Part shown: positions 17,489 through 26,779 of the stretch, piece by piece
Layout: each line of letters starts with the position of its first letter
How positions within the stretch are numbered: position 1 is the first letter of the stretch
NCBI GenBank assembly: GCA_965203805.1
Contig: OZ241917.1
Span: 2,624,001-2,688,000, forward strand
Direction: 5' to 3'
Source: Candidatus Latescibacterota bacterium
GTDB taxonomy: Bacteria > Latescibacterota > UBA2968 > GCA-2709665
Length of the DNA: 64,000 nucleotides
Program-made: the position numbers and the translations under genes
The notes under the pieces: generated by a model
The model's database searches: none
The model's input: only the letters and a program-made list of their open reading frames with translations
What the model was told of the DNA's origin: nothing

Positions 17489-18262
17489 ATGGAGGTACCG
17501 GAAACCCTGAATCCCGGCGGAGTCGCCGGTTTTCGCAGGAACGGATACGTCCTGTTGGATAATCTCTTCAGTGAAGCCGAAGTCCGCATTCTGCTCGACG
17601 CGGTCGAAACGGGCGCGCGGGTGGCCGAGAACACCCGCGCCACCTCGGATGCATCGGGAAAGTCGGCCAGGCTGGCGATCTGGCACGAACTTGGCAACGA
17701 CATCTGGACCGCGGTCTCCACGTGTCCCCGCATCGTCAACAATATCCGCATCCTTCTGGGCGAAGAGGTCGCCTTTTTTCACGGCAAGGTGATGTTCAAG
17801 GACGCCCATGAAGGCGGCGCGTGGGAGTGGCACCAGGACTATGGATACTGGTACAGCCAGGGGTTCGTCTTTCCCAGGATGATCAGCGCGTTTATCGCCC
17901 TGGACGCATGCACGCGGGAAAACGGCTGCCTGAGGGTCCTTCGCGGGTCCCATCGTCTCGGGCGGCTGGACCACGTCAGAGTCGGTACCCAGACCGGCAC
18001 CGACCCCGCAAGAATCGAGGGTATCGAACCCCTGTTCGATTGCATCAATTGCGAGATGTCACCGGGTTCGGTCCTCTTCTTCCACTGCAACCTTCTCCAT
18101 TCCTCCGCGCCCAATACATCCAGCCGGCACCGGCGGTCGTTCATCATCTGTTACAACGCACTGGGCAATCCCCAACTGGGCGGCAGGGAAACCGCCGACC
18201 AATACCCCTGTCCGGTGGCGCCGGACGACGCCATTCTGGAGTACGGCCGGGCGCCCGGATAG
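17489..18262 (+). CDS. Phytanoyl-CoA dioxygenase (PhyH) family Fe/2OG oxygenase
   Basis: WHQDYGYW (HxD), ENGCLRVLRGSH and FHCNLLHSSAPN.S...RR. Confidence 0.92.
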   Translation: MEVPETLNPGGVAGFRRNGYVLLDNLFSEAEVRILLDAVETGARVAENTRATSDASGKSARLAIWHELGNDIWTAVSTCPRIVNNIRILLGEEVAFFHGKVMFKDAHEGGAWEWHQDYGYWYSQGFVFPRMISAFIALDACTRENGCLRVLRGSHRLGRLDHVRVGTQTGTDPARIEGIEPLFDCINCEMSPGSVLFFHCNLLHSSAPNTSSRHRRSFIICYNALGNPQLGGRETADQYPCPVAPDDAILEYGRAPG

Positions 18263-18275
18263 CCGGCTTTTCTCC

Positions 18276-19319
18276 CTATCCGCTCAATACCTCGAGTTCA
18301 CGGTCCGGACCCGTGAGCGGCAACTCGACCCACGCGGCGTTTCCGGCATGGGAAACGTGAAAGCCCACAATGGCTTCCAGCGTCCGCGCAGCTTCCGTTG
18401 CGGCATAGGGAAAGGGCGCTTTGCCGTCCAGCCAATCCACAATCTCGCCCACCGCCACGTCCATCGAACTTGGGGAACCGTGAGGATCCGGCCAGTGCTC
18501 CCGCCGCCCGTCGCGGAACTCCAGGACCACGTCCCTGCCGTCGAGCGCGGCGCAGCCTTCCGTACCGTGGACCGCGATCCTCGGCGGCAGCGTCGCATAG
18601 TCCGCAGCGTCGACCGTACAGATCAGTCCGCGCTCGAGACGCAGCATGCCCCATCCGCCAGGGTCGCGGAACTGTGCGCCGCGGCAATCCGGCTTCCCGG
18701 CCGGATCCAGCGTGCCCGAGACCGCCTCGACGGCCCGTCCCGTCAACATCTGGATCGTATCGATGAAATGCGTTCCGACGTTGCCAAGCCGCCCCGAGCC
18801 CCATTGCACGATTGCCGACGTCAGCTCTCCCAATGCGCCTTCGACCACGAGGTCGCGCAGACGCCGGGCGTTGGCCTGGAAACGGCGGTTGTGGTTCACG
18901 ACGAGAAGGGCGCCGGCGTCATCGCAGGCGCTGCGCATCCGCTCCGCGTCCGATGCGCGGGTCGCGACGGGTTTTTCGCAATAGACGGCTCGCACCCCTT
19001 GCCGTGCGCAGGCGACCGTGACGTCGACATGAAATGGCGCATAGGTCGCGACGCTTACGACGTCGAGTGACTCCTCTGCCAGCATGTCCCGCCAGTCGGC
19101 GTAGGTCGGTACGCCCGTTCGGGCGTGAAACCGCTCCCTCCGTCCGCTGTCCCGGCTGGACCCGGACGCGATTACGACCCGCGGATGTCCGCTCAACGCA
19201 TCGACGTGGGTACCGTCCAGGTCGCTTACGAATTGGCCTATTGCGTCGCCCGATACCTGGTCCGCGGCGCCAATAAAGCCCAGGCCCACGATCCCGGCAC
19301 GATAGGTCTTTTCAGCCAT
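18276..19319 (-). CDS. Gfo/Idh/MocA-family oxidoreductase
   Basis: GIVGLG Rossmann start, CEKPVA, VNHNRRF, GTHFID. ATG at 19319. Confidence 0.88.
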   Translation of the reverse strand: MAEKTYRAGIVGLGFIGAADQVSGDAIGQFVSDLDGTHVDALSGHPRVVIASGSSRDSGRRERFHARTGVPTYADWRDMLAEESLDVVSVATYAPFHVDVTVACARQGVRAVYCEKPVATRASDAERMRSACDDAGALLVVNHNRRFQANARRLRDLVVEGALGELTSAIVQWGSGRLGNVGTHFIDTIQMLTGRAVEAVSGTLDPAGKPDCRGAQFRDPGGWGMLRLERGLICTVDAADYATLPPRIAVHGTEGCAALDGRDVVLEFRDGRREHWPDPHGSPSSMDVAVGEIVDWLDGKAPFPYAATEAARTLEAIVGFHVSHAGNAAWVELPLTGPDRELEVLSG

Positions 19320-19433
19320 GTATTCTCCCCTATCGGTTCGACTTACAGCGATTCGGCGCCACGTGCGCTTCACGATCCCGAATACGATGCCGGACGTCAT
19401 TCGTTCGGTTGGGCTCCGTCCGGTCCGGCTTCC

Positions 19434-20093
19434 TTACCCATACAGTTCAACGGCCCGCCAGAGGTACCAGCTCGCTACGGACCGGTACGGACGCCAGATT
19501 TCACCGTGTTCCAGCAGATCCGCGGGCTCGGGCAGCCCGCTCGACCCATAGGTGAGCATAAACCCCTTCCTCACGCCCAGGTCCTTGACCGGCAGCACGT
19601 CCGCCCGGCCCAGATCGAATATCAGCATCATCTGCACGGTCCACTCGCCCACCCCCCGGACACGCGTGAAGCGCTTGATGATCTCGTTGTCGGGCATCCC
19701 GTCCAGCCGCCGCCCGGGCGGGACATCGCCCTCGAGCGTCTTTTCGGCAAGGTCTTTTATGGCCGCCACCTTGGCCCGGGACATGCCTGCGCCGCGAAAC
19801 GCTTCGTCGGGCAACGCCAGCACCTGTTCCGGCTCGGGATGCGTGCATTCCGGAAACAGATCCAGAACCCGGCCGTAGATCGTACCGGCGGCCTTTCCGG
19901 AAAGCTGCTGGTACACAATCGAGCGCATCAGCGCCCGAAACGGAGAGTAGGGCGCTCGCGCTTCCAGCAGGCAGGGGCCGGCGCGCTCCATCAATTGTCC
20001 CAGGGCCGCGTCCACCTTCGACAGCGCCGCAACCGCTTCTCCGGGATCGTATGTCAATCCGCTCGCGATATCCGGTACCACATTGCGATTCAT
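19434..20093 (-). CDS. alkA: DNA-3-methyladenine glycosylase II (AlkA/HhH-GPD family)
   Basis: LMRSIVYQQLSGKAA, HhH motif VRGVGEWT.QM.LIF.LGR.DVLP..DLG, WRPYRSVA. Confidence 0.85.
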   Translation of the reverse strand: MNRNVVPDIASGLTYDPGEAVAALSKVDAALGQLMERAGPCLLEARAPYSPFRALMRSIVYQQLSGKAAGTIYGRVLDLFPECTHPEPEQVLALPDEAFRGAGMSRAKVAAIKDLAEKTLEGDVPPGRRLDGMPDNEIIKRFTRVRGVGEWTVQMMLIFDLGRADVLPVKDLGVRKGFMLTYGSSGLPEPADLLEHGEIWRPYRSVASWYLWRAVELYG

Positions 20094-21055
20094 GAGTTCG
20101 TCGTCGAGTGACCGCGTTTCAATGCCGCGGTGAGGGCCACCGCGCCCAGCAGGCCCGAATCGCCCTTAAGCCCGGCGGGAAGAATTCTCAGATGGGGGCG
20201 GTGCACGGGCATCAGAAACCGGTCCGTCTGTTCGCGCACCGGTTCCAGGAGCACGCTGCCCGCTTTGGCCACGCTGCCGCCGATCACGATGGCTTCGGGC
20301 GCGAGCGCATTCATCGCGGCCGCCACGCCCATGCCCAGGTAACGGCAGGTCTCATTCACAAGTTCCATGGCCAGCCCGTCGCCCGTTCGCGCGGCGTCGA
20401 AGACGGCTTTGGCCGTAATCGGACCTTCCGACGCCTGCCGGATCCCGCGGCCTCTCCGAGGCTGCCTGCGTACGGCCTCTTCACCGCGGCGCCCGATGGC
20501 CGTGCCGGAACACAGCGCTTCGAGGCACCCGCGATTGCCGCAATCGCAGAGCGGCCCGTCGGGAAGGACCGGCACGTGGCCGAGTTCACCCGCGTTGCCG
20601 TTGGCGCCCCTGTAGATCTGCCGGTCGATGATGATCCCGGCGCCGATGCCCGTCCCTATATTGTAGTAGACCAGGTGACGGCAGCCTTTGCCCGCTCCAT
20701 ACCTGAGTTCGCCCAGCGCGGCCGCGTTGGCGTCGTTGTCCACAATGGCCGGTATTCCGAGACGCCCCTGAATCGTCTCCGGAATGGCCAGGTTGTCCCA
20801 ACCCGACACGTGGGTTGAATTGACGATCCGCTGCGCTTCGAAATCCACCGGGCCGCCGAAACTGATTCCGCACGCGGTCACGGTTTCCGGGGATGACGCA
20901 AGCAGCCGGCGCCCCTCTTCGAGGATGCGATCAATCATCCATCGGGCCCCGCCGGAGCGATCCGTGGCGCCGGTCTTCCGTTTCAGAATTCGCCCGTCGG
21001 AAGTCCCCAACGCCAGACGAAAACGGGTGCCGCCGATGTCGACCGCAAGAATCAT
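20090..21055 (-). CDS. ROK-family sugar kinase
   Basis: AVDIGGT, NDANAAALGE, GTGIGAG, GELGH, CDCGNRGCLE. ATG at 21055. Confidence 0.92.
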   Translation of the reverse strand: MILAVDIGGTRFRLALGTSDGRILKRKTGATDRSGGARWMIDRILEEGRRLLASSPETVTACGISFGGPVDFEAQRIVNSTHVSGWDNLAIPETIQGRLGIPAIVDNDANAAALGELRYGAGKGCRHLVYYNIGTGIGAGIIIDRQIYRGANGNAGELGHVPVLPDGPLCDCGNRGCLEALCSGTAIGRRGEEAVRRQPRRGRGIRQASEGPITAKAVFDAARTGDGLAMELVNETCRYLGMGVAAAMNALAPEAIVIGGSVAKAGSVLLEPVREQTDRFLMPVHRPHLRILPAGLKGDSGLLGAVALTAALKRGHSTTNS

Positions 21056-21819
21056 CAGTCCGCCAGCCCGTGGTCGCGAAGGTAGTCCAGCGACTGCTCG
21101 ATCCTTCGTTCCACGTCCCGCCGCGTCAGCGACTCGCCGCTGATCCCCTCCACTTCGAGCGTGTAGGGGCCGTTGCGGCCGTGACCCGCGAATATCTCGA
21201 AAATAGAGGGGAAATCCACGATCCCCTCTCCGAGCGCGGGAAAATGCCACGTCTGATATCCGCCGTTCGTATCCTTCAGATGCACGGCCGCCGCCGCGTG
21301 GGCGATCTTTCGAAACTGATCGACCGAATCCACGCCTTCATTGTAATAGTGCACGTTCGCCGTATCGAAATTGACCCGGATATTCGGATGGTCCACGCAC
21401 CTCATCGTCTCCAGCGCGACGTCGGCATTCGTGACCAGGTCCGGATGCGTTTCCATGGCCACGACGATCCCCCGTTCAGCCGCGGCATCGCCGATGTCCT
21501 GTAGTCTCCCGTACACGAAATCCCGGTCTATGCCTCCGGACTTTATGCTCGTGAACACCAGGCCGACCCCCATCTCAGCGACAGTAGTCAGGCTGTGCGC
21601 GAACCGCCGGACCGCGTCGTCGGCGTGCATCTCGCAGCGGACGACGAGGCTCGATGGCTGCAGTCCGAACCGGTCGAGCTCACGTTGCACGACGCCCCTC
21701 TCCTCGGGCTCGGGGCATGGAATCTCCACGTTGGTCAGGCCGATCCGGGCAAGATGTTCGAACGCGCCGTCGCGATATTGTCGATAGCTGTTCAGGTTGC
21801 ACGCAATCAGGTTTCCCAT
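21055..21819 (-). CDS. Sugar phosphate isomerase/epimerase (xylose isomerase-like TIM barrel)
   Basis: METHP, NFDTAN, VHLKD, GEGIVDF and LEVE metal motifs. Confidence 0.85.
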   Translation of the reverse strand: MGNLIACNLNSYRQYRDGAFEHLARIGLTNVEIPCPEPEERGVVQRELDRFGLQPSSLVVRCEMHADDAVRRFAHSLTTVAEMGVGLVFTSIKSGGIDRDFVYGRLQDIGDAAAERGIVVAMETHPDLVTNADVALETMRCVDHPNIRVNFDTANVHYYNEGVDSVDQFRKIAHAAAAVHLKDTNGGYQTWHFPALGEGIVDFPSIFEIFAGHGRNGPYTLEVEGISGESLTRRDVERRIEQSLDYLRDHGLAD

Positions 21820-21865
21820 GGTTCCTCCCTTTGGTCGTGGCCGGGGACCGGTCCTCCGTGCGGCT

Positions 21866-23122
21866 CTATCCGTGTCGAACCCACCGGACCATCTCCGACA
21901 GCGTGGCCCGCTTGCCCCGCATCAGGATCCCCACCCGGTAGATCCGTGCGGCCGCCCACATCACGCCTGCAATCGTCCCGATCAGAATCAGTACCGACGC
22001 CGCGATTTCGATCATCGGAGGGGTGAGGACGTTCACCCGCACAATCATGATCATGGGCGCAAAGAACGGAATCAGCGACATCACCACGGAAGGGGCGGCA
22101 TTGGGCTGCCGGGTGATGAAGGTCATGGCGAGCAGCGAGAGGATCATGGGCACGATGACGAGGATCTGCAGGTGCTGCGCATCCTGCTCCGTGTCGCAGA
22201 TGGCGCCGATGATCGCGTAGAGTGTGGCGTACAGAAAATAACCCAGGATGAAGTAGATCCCGAAGTAGACCACCATGTCCGTTTCAATCGCAAACGGCAG
22301 GTTGGGGCCGAACGCCATCCTGCCGTACGCGGTGGCCAGAAAGCCCACACCGATCCAGACCGTGACCTGGACCAGGCTGGCGGCGCCGATGCCCAGGATC
22401 TTGCCCGCCATCATCTGCAACGGATCGACCGAGGAAAGCATCACCTCCACCATTCGGGTGGACTTCTCTTCAAGGACGCCGCGCATGACCATAATTCCGT
22501 ACAGGATGGTAACCATATAAAGCAACATCGCGAATGCAAATGAGGTGAAATATTCACGGGCAAACCCGCTCTTCTTCTCCTTCCCCTTGACGATTTTCAG
22601 CGTTTGAAGCTGCACCCTGCGGGTCCATTTGCTCACCTCATCGGGATCCAGCCCCCGCTGCGCCAGTCTGTGGGCAACCACAATGTGAGTCAACGCACTC
22701 CGCAATCGCCCGACCTGCCGGATGTCGCTCACGTTCTGCCCGTAAAACCCGGCTTCGCTCTTCTCGAAAACATCGGGCGGCACCACAAGGTAGGCGTCCA
22801 GTTTTCCGGCGTTGATCTCGGACGTAAGCTGTCGCCGCGTGGTTTCCAGGTCTGGGCCGGGCCGTACCTCCTGCAGGAGGTATTCCGGCCGGCCGTCCTC
22901 GAGTCGTTCGTCCAGGCGGCTTACGAGCGGCCCGTACAGGATCCCTGTCCGGTCGACCACGGCAATGCGTTTCTGTTTGCCGACGTCGACACGCGCCAGA
23001 AGGACGGGGACGAGGATACTGGCCACGACGAAAACCGGCACAAGAAACAGGCCGATCAGGAAACTCTTCCTGCGGACGATTTCGACGAATTCCCGACGGA
23101 CAATCTTCAATATCTTATTCAT
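21866..23122 (-). CDS. ABC-2 transporter permease (NatB/YhaP-like)
   Basis: N-terminal TM, extracytoplasmic domain, VLEEKSTRMVEVMLSS...MAGKILG and several C-terminal TMs. Confidence 0.88.
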   Translation of the reverse strand: MNKILKIVRREFVEIVRRKSFLIGLFLVPVFVVASILVPVLLARVDVGKQKRIAVVDRTGILYGPLVSRLDERLEDGRPEYLLQEVRPGPDLETTRRQLTSEINAGKLDAYLVVPPDVFEKSEAGFYGQNVSDIRQVGRLRSALTHIVVAHRLAQRGLDPDEVSKWTRRVQLQTLKIVKGKEKKSGFAREYFTSFAFAMLLYMVTILYGIMVMRGVLEEKSTRMVEVMLSSVDPLQMMAGKILGIGAASLVQVTVWIGVGFLATAYGRMAFGPNLPFAIETDMVVYFGIYFILGYFLYATLYAIIGAICDTEQDAQHLQILVIVPMILSLLAMTFITRQPNAAPSVVMSLIPFFAPMIMIVRVNVLTPPMIEIAASVLILIGTIAGVMWAAARIYRVGILMRGKRATLSEMVRWVRHG

Positions 23123-24032
23123 TCCGGTTCTCCCCGGTATCTTCGCCGCCGACGGCCATCAGGAAGACATCCCTCAGGGACGGCTCCGAGACTTCGAACC
23201 GGTGGATCCGGGCCCCGGACAGCGCCCGTCTCAGCAGCTCGCCGGGGTCCGCGCCAACCTGGAGTTCGACCTCCACGTGATTCCCGCGATGTTCAGCCTG
23301 CCGGACCAGCTTTGTATCCTTGAGAAAATCGTCGCTCCCGTCAAAGGCAATCCGTAACCGGTCCCTTTGATACATGGACTTCACCTCGGGTACGGTGCCT
23401 TCCAGCACCTTGCGACCGCGGTTGATCAGACAGATCCGGTCGCAAAGCGCCTCTGCATCCTCCATCTGATGGGTGGAAAAAATGAGAATCTTGCCTTCGT
23501 TCGTCAAGGTCTGCATAATCTCCTTCAGGACCGCCACGTTGATCGGGTCGAGCCCGCTGAACGGCTCGTCCAGAATCAGGAGATCGGGGTCGTGGATGAT
23601 GGTCGCGATGAATTGCAGCTTCTGCTGCATACCCTTGGAAAGCTGATCCACGCGCCGGTTCGACCATTCCGACAGGCCCATGCGTTCCAGCCATTCTCCC
23701 GCGCGGCCCGCTGCTTCCGGGCGCGAGAGCGACTTGATCTCCCCCAGGAATATCAGCAGGTCCATTACCCGCATCTTGGGATACAGTCCTCGTTCTTCGG
23801 GCAGATAGCCTACCCGGTCCTTGGACAGTCCCGTTCCACCGTTGTCATAATCGATCTTCCCTGAATCCGGTGCGTAAATCCCCAGGACCGTGCGAATCGT
23901 CGTTGTCTTGCCGGCGCCGTTGGGACCGAGCAGCCCGTAGACCTCGCCCGCCTCGACGTCGAGATCCAATCCATCCACGGCCCGGACGCCGTCGAACGTT
24001 TTCGTGACCTGCCGGAGCACAATCCTGCGCAT
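23115..24032 (-). CDS. ABC transporter ATP-binding protein (NatA/YhaQ-like)
   Basis: GPNGAGKTT, GYLPEERGLY, LSKGMQQK, ILDEPFSGLDP. ATG at 24032. Confidence 0.92.
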   Translation of the reverse strand: MRRIVLRQVTKTFDGVRAVDGLDLDVEAGEVYGLLGPNGAGKTTTIRTVLGIYAPDSGKIDYDNGGTGLSKDRVGYLPEERGLYPKMRVMDLLIFLGEIKSLSRPEAAGRAGEWLERMGLSEWSNRRVDQLSKGMQQKLQFIATIIHDPDLLILDEPFSGLDPINVAVLKEIMQTLTNEGKILIFSTHQMEDAEALCDRICLINRGRKVLEGTVPEVKSMYQRDRLRIAFDGSDDFLKDTKLVRQAEHRGNHVEVELQVGADPGELLRRALSGARIHRFEVSEPSLRDVFLMAVGGEDTGENRNE

Positions 24033-24391
24033 GAAGTTCTCCCCGACTGATTCCACTGGTAAAGCGCGGTCCATCCGTTGCCGAAGGCCGGGAACCCTCA
24101 CTTCGAACAGGCATAAAATACGAGCGCCGGCAAGGGCGCGCAACAGGACTTTCCCCGCGTTTGAATGCCGTCGAAGCCGGCCATCCCGATGATTCAACAG
24201 ACGGACAGCTCGTCGTTGCACAAAAAAAGGCGCCAGCCGTACTGGGTACGATCGGCGCCTTTCGGGAGGGGTGTAGCATGGTTGCATTCGCTTAGACGCA
24301 CTCCGGGCGGAGAGGTTTCAATTTTCCAATATTGCCATTAGATTCAAGCGCTCGTTCCGGGTAAGACGACGGTGAGGCAGATCCGGAACAA

Positions 24392-25230
24392 GTGTCCTGT
24401 CCCAAAAATACCTCACCATTCTTCCGCCGATTCATCCCGTCTTTTGACGTTGCTTGCGCTGAGCTTGTCGAAGTGCCTTCGCTCGCCGACCTGCCCAAGT
24501 CGCCTGTTGGCGGACAAACACCCTTTGGAACTAACCTCTTGGGGGCCAAAGACTTTATCTCTTCCACCAACTCTCATTTTCTCTTCGTCCTTTTTCTTGT
24601 ACGCCCAAGAAAAAGGACCAAAAAGAACGGCGCCGCTCGGCGCGGGGCCGGTTTTTCCGTGAACCACCTCAGTGGTAACAACGGAACTATGCCGCCCTCT
24701 GACCGGAACAGCCGGTAACGAACGATGTTGCTGGACGGAATAGCACGGAAAAACCCCCCAATCCACAACCGGGCGGACTAAAGATCGTCCGGGGAGTTCA
24801 TCTTGGTGGATTCGCGATGGTCCGCCGTTTGTCTTTTGCTGTTTGCCTTTGCTTCGAGCTGACGGCTGTCCTCATCATTCAAGTGCCAATCGATCTACAA
24901 GGGTATTCGCTGACCGGAGGACTTTCAGAGCAGAGCGCGCGGTTCCGTCCAGCTACGCCGAACGATTGGTTTCCGCGGGTTTGAGGGCAGAGGATCCCGT
25001 GCGTCCTGTGAGTGGATTCGCGCTGTGCATATGGCAGGCCCCGCGCCCAGCGGCGACTTTTGGTTCCTTTTGGTCGCTTCAAAAGGAACCCGCCGGAGGC
25101 AGGGAATTTGGGGAGATGTGGACGTTGAATTTGAAGTTGGCTTTTGATTCAAGCCGACGGCTGGCGGCTGACAACTGATCGCTGCTTTTCTCCGGCCGAA
25201 TTCAGGCAACTAATTTCCGGGACAGAACAC
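24392..25230. mobile_element. Non-coding MITE-like element with IS630-type terminal inverted repeats and internal hairpins
   Basis: Left end GTGTCCTGTCCCAAAAAT vs right end (rc) GTGTTCTGTCCCGGAAAT, followed by TAG. No credible ORF. Hairpins at 24587-24618 and 25062-25090, REP core at 24456-24476. Confidence 0.55.
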
Positions 25231-25254
25231 TAGATTTGACGGCGTCTTGAAAAA

Positions 25255-25303
25255 TGACTATATTATCGTCAAATTACTGCGAAAAATGACGACAACATAG
25301 TCA
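25255..25303. promoter_or_regulatory. Tandem TGAC-N9-GTCA operator-like boxes
   Basis: TGACTATATTATCGTCA (25255-25271) and TGACGACAACATAGTCA (25287-25303), 32 bp apart, abutting the ATG at 25305. Confidence 0.55.
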
Positions 25304-25304
25304 A

Positions 25305-26456
25305 ATGACAATTCCGCGTATATTTGACGCCCCCCGGAAGAGCTTCTTTCTCCTGGGACCTCGTGGCGTTGGAAAAAGCACCTATCTGCGACTGGCGTTT
25401 CCGGATGCGCACGTCATCAATCTGCTCGCCGAGGATACGTACCAGCGCCTGCTTGCGAATCCGGGTCTCCTTGCCGCGGAACTGCGCGCCGTGCCCGATG
25501 ACCGGTGGGTGGTTCTGGACGAGATGCAGAGATTGCCGGCGTTGCTCAACGAAGTTCACCGGTTTATCGAAGAAAAGCGAATGCGCTTCGTATTGTGCGG
25601 GTCCAGTGCAAGAAAACTCAAACGGGAAGGTGTCAACCTGCTCGCGGGCCGCGCCCTGAATCGCGCGATGCATCCCTTTACTCCCGAGGAGTTGGGCGAA
25701 CGGTTCGCGCTCGACGACGCCTTGCAACACGGACTGCTGCCCATTGTATGGGATTCGGAGGACAGGGCGGAGACACTGGTTGCCTATACGCAGATGTATC
25801 TCAAAGAGGAGATACAAGCCGAGGCACTCGTGCGGAATCTGCCCGGATTCGCACGCTTTCTCCCGGTTGCGGCGCTCTTTCACGGCCAGACCTTCAACGT
25901 GACCAACATCGCAAGAGAAGCTCAGGTTGCGCGCACGACAGTGACGGGATACCTGCAGATCCTGGAGGAAACACTTCTCTGCTTTCAACTTCCTGCATAC
26001 GAGACCCGATTGCGCGTGCGCGAACGCAAAATGCCAAAATGGTACTGGTGCGACCCCGGTCTCGTACGGGCGATGAAACGGGTCACGACGCCTCCCGCCC
26101 CGGAGGAGCGCGGCGCTCTCTTCGAAGGCCTGATTGCCCAGTTGATCCGTGCGTATACAGACTACCGTCATCTCTGCGACGTGTGCTTCTATTGGTCGAC
26201 CGCGGCGCAGACCGGTACTGAGGTGGACTTCCTGCTCAAGCGCGGCGGGGAATTCGTGGCAATCGAAGTCAAATCCGCCGGCGCGTTCGCGGAATCCTGG
26301 TGCAAGGGGCTGAGGGCGCTTACCGAGCTGCCGGGACTTTGCCGCAGGCTTGTCGTTTATCCCGACGGGCCTGAATTACGGACCGCTGACGGTATCGAAG
26401 TCCTCCCGTTTTCGCAATTCTCCAACCTGTTGGCCACCGATACGCTGTGGCCGTGA
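25305..26456 (+). CDS. AAA_14 ATPase with DUF4143 (PD-(D/E)xK-like) C-terminus
   Basis: GPRGVGKST, VLDEMQRLP.LL, LCGSS, LAGRA, GALFE and EVDFLL....VAIEVKS. Confidence 0.88.
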   Translation: MTIPRIFDAPRKSFFLLGPRGVGKSTYLRLAFPDAHVINLLAEDTYQRLLANPGLLAAELRAVPDDRWVVLDEMQRLPALLNEVHRFIEEKRMRFVLCGSSARKLKREGVNLLAGRALNRAMHPFTPEELGERFALDDALQHGLLPIVWDSEDRAETLVAYTQMYLKEEIQAEALVRNLPGFARFLPVAALFHGQTFNVTNIAREAQVARTTVTGYLQILEETLLCFQLPAYETRLRVRERKMPKWYWCDPGLVRAMKRVTTPPAPEERGALFEGLIAQLIRAYTDYRHLCDVCFYWSTAAQTGTEVDFLLKRGGEFVAIEVKSAGAFAESWCKGLRALTELPGLCRRLVVYPDGPELRTADGIEVLPFSQFSNLLATDTLWP

Positions 26457-26468
26457 GGGTATGCTAAG

Positions 26469-26729
26469 ATGAGTGCGTATAGAAGCTTCAGGGACTATCA
26501 CATTGAGCAGTTGCGCGATCCGGAGGACGCGAAGGTATATCTAACCGTTGCGCTTGACGATTATGAAAAAAATGGGGACAGCGAAGCGTTCTTGCTGGCG
26601 GTCAGAGACGTTGCGGAGGCGCAGGGCGGTATGTCCAGGTTAGCTGAGCGGGTCGGCCTGACTCGTGAGGGACTTTACAAGGGCTTTTTCAAAAATGGGA
26701 ATCCGCATCTCAAATCGATGGGCGAATAG
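26469..26729 (+). pseudogene. Addiction-module antidote (HI1420-like HTH antitoxin), probably C-terminally truncated; orphan
   Basis: LRDPEDAKVYL..AL...FLLAVRDVAEAQGGMSRLAERVGLTREGLYK....GNP. Stops a few residues after GNP; no toxin upstream. Confidence 0.65.
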
Positions 26730-26779
26730 GCGGAACTGATAGGACCGCGCTCAATTTGTAACTTACCCAACTCACTCGG

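Noticed and set aside
19960-19980. GCAGGCAGG in the alkA-like gene as a fourth insert
   Set aside because: Only a half-site with no matching arm, and the protein reads normally (AGPCLL).
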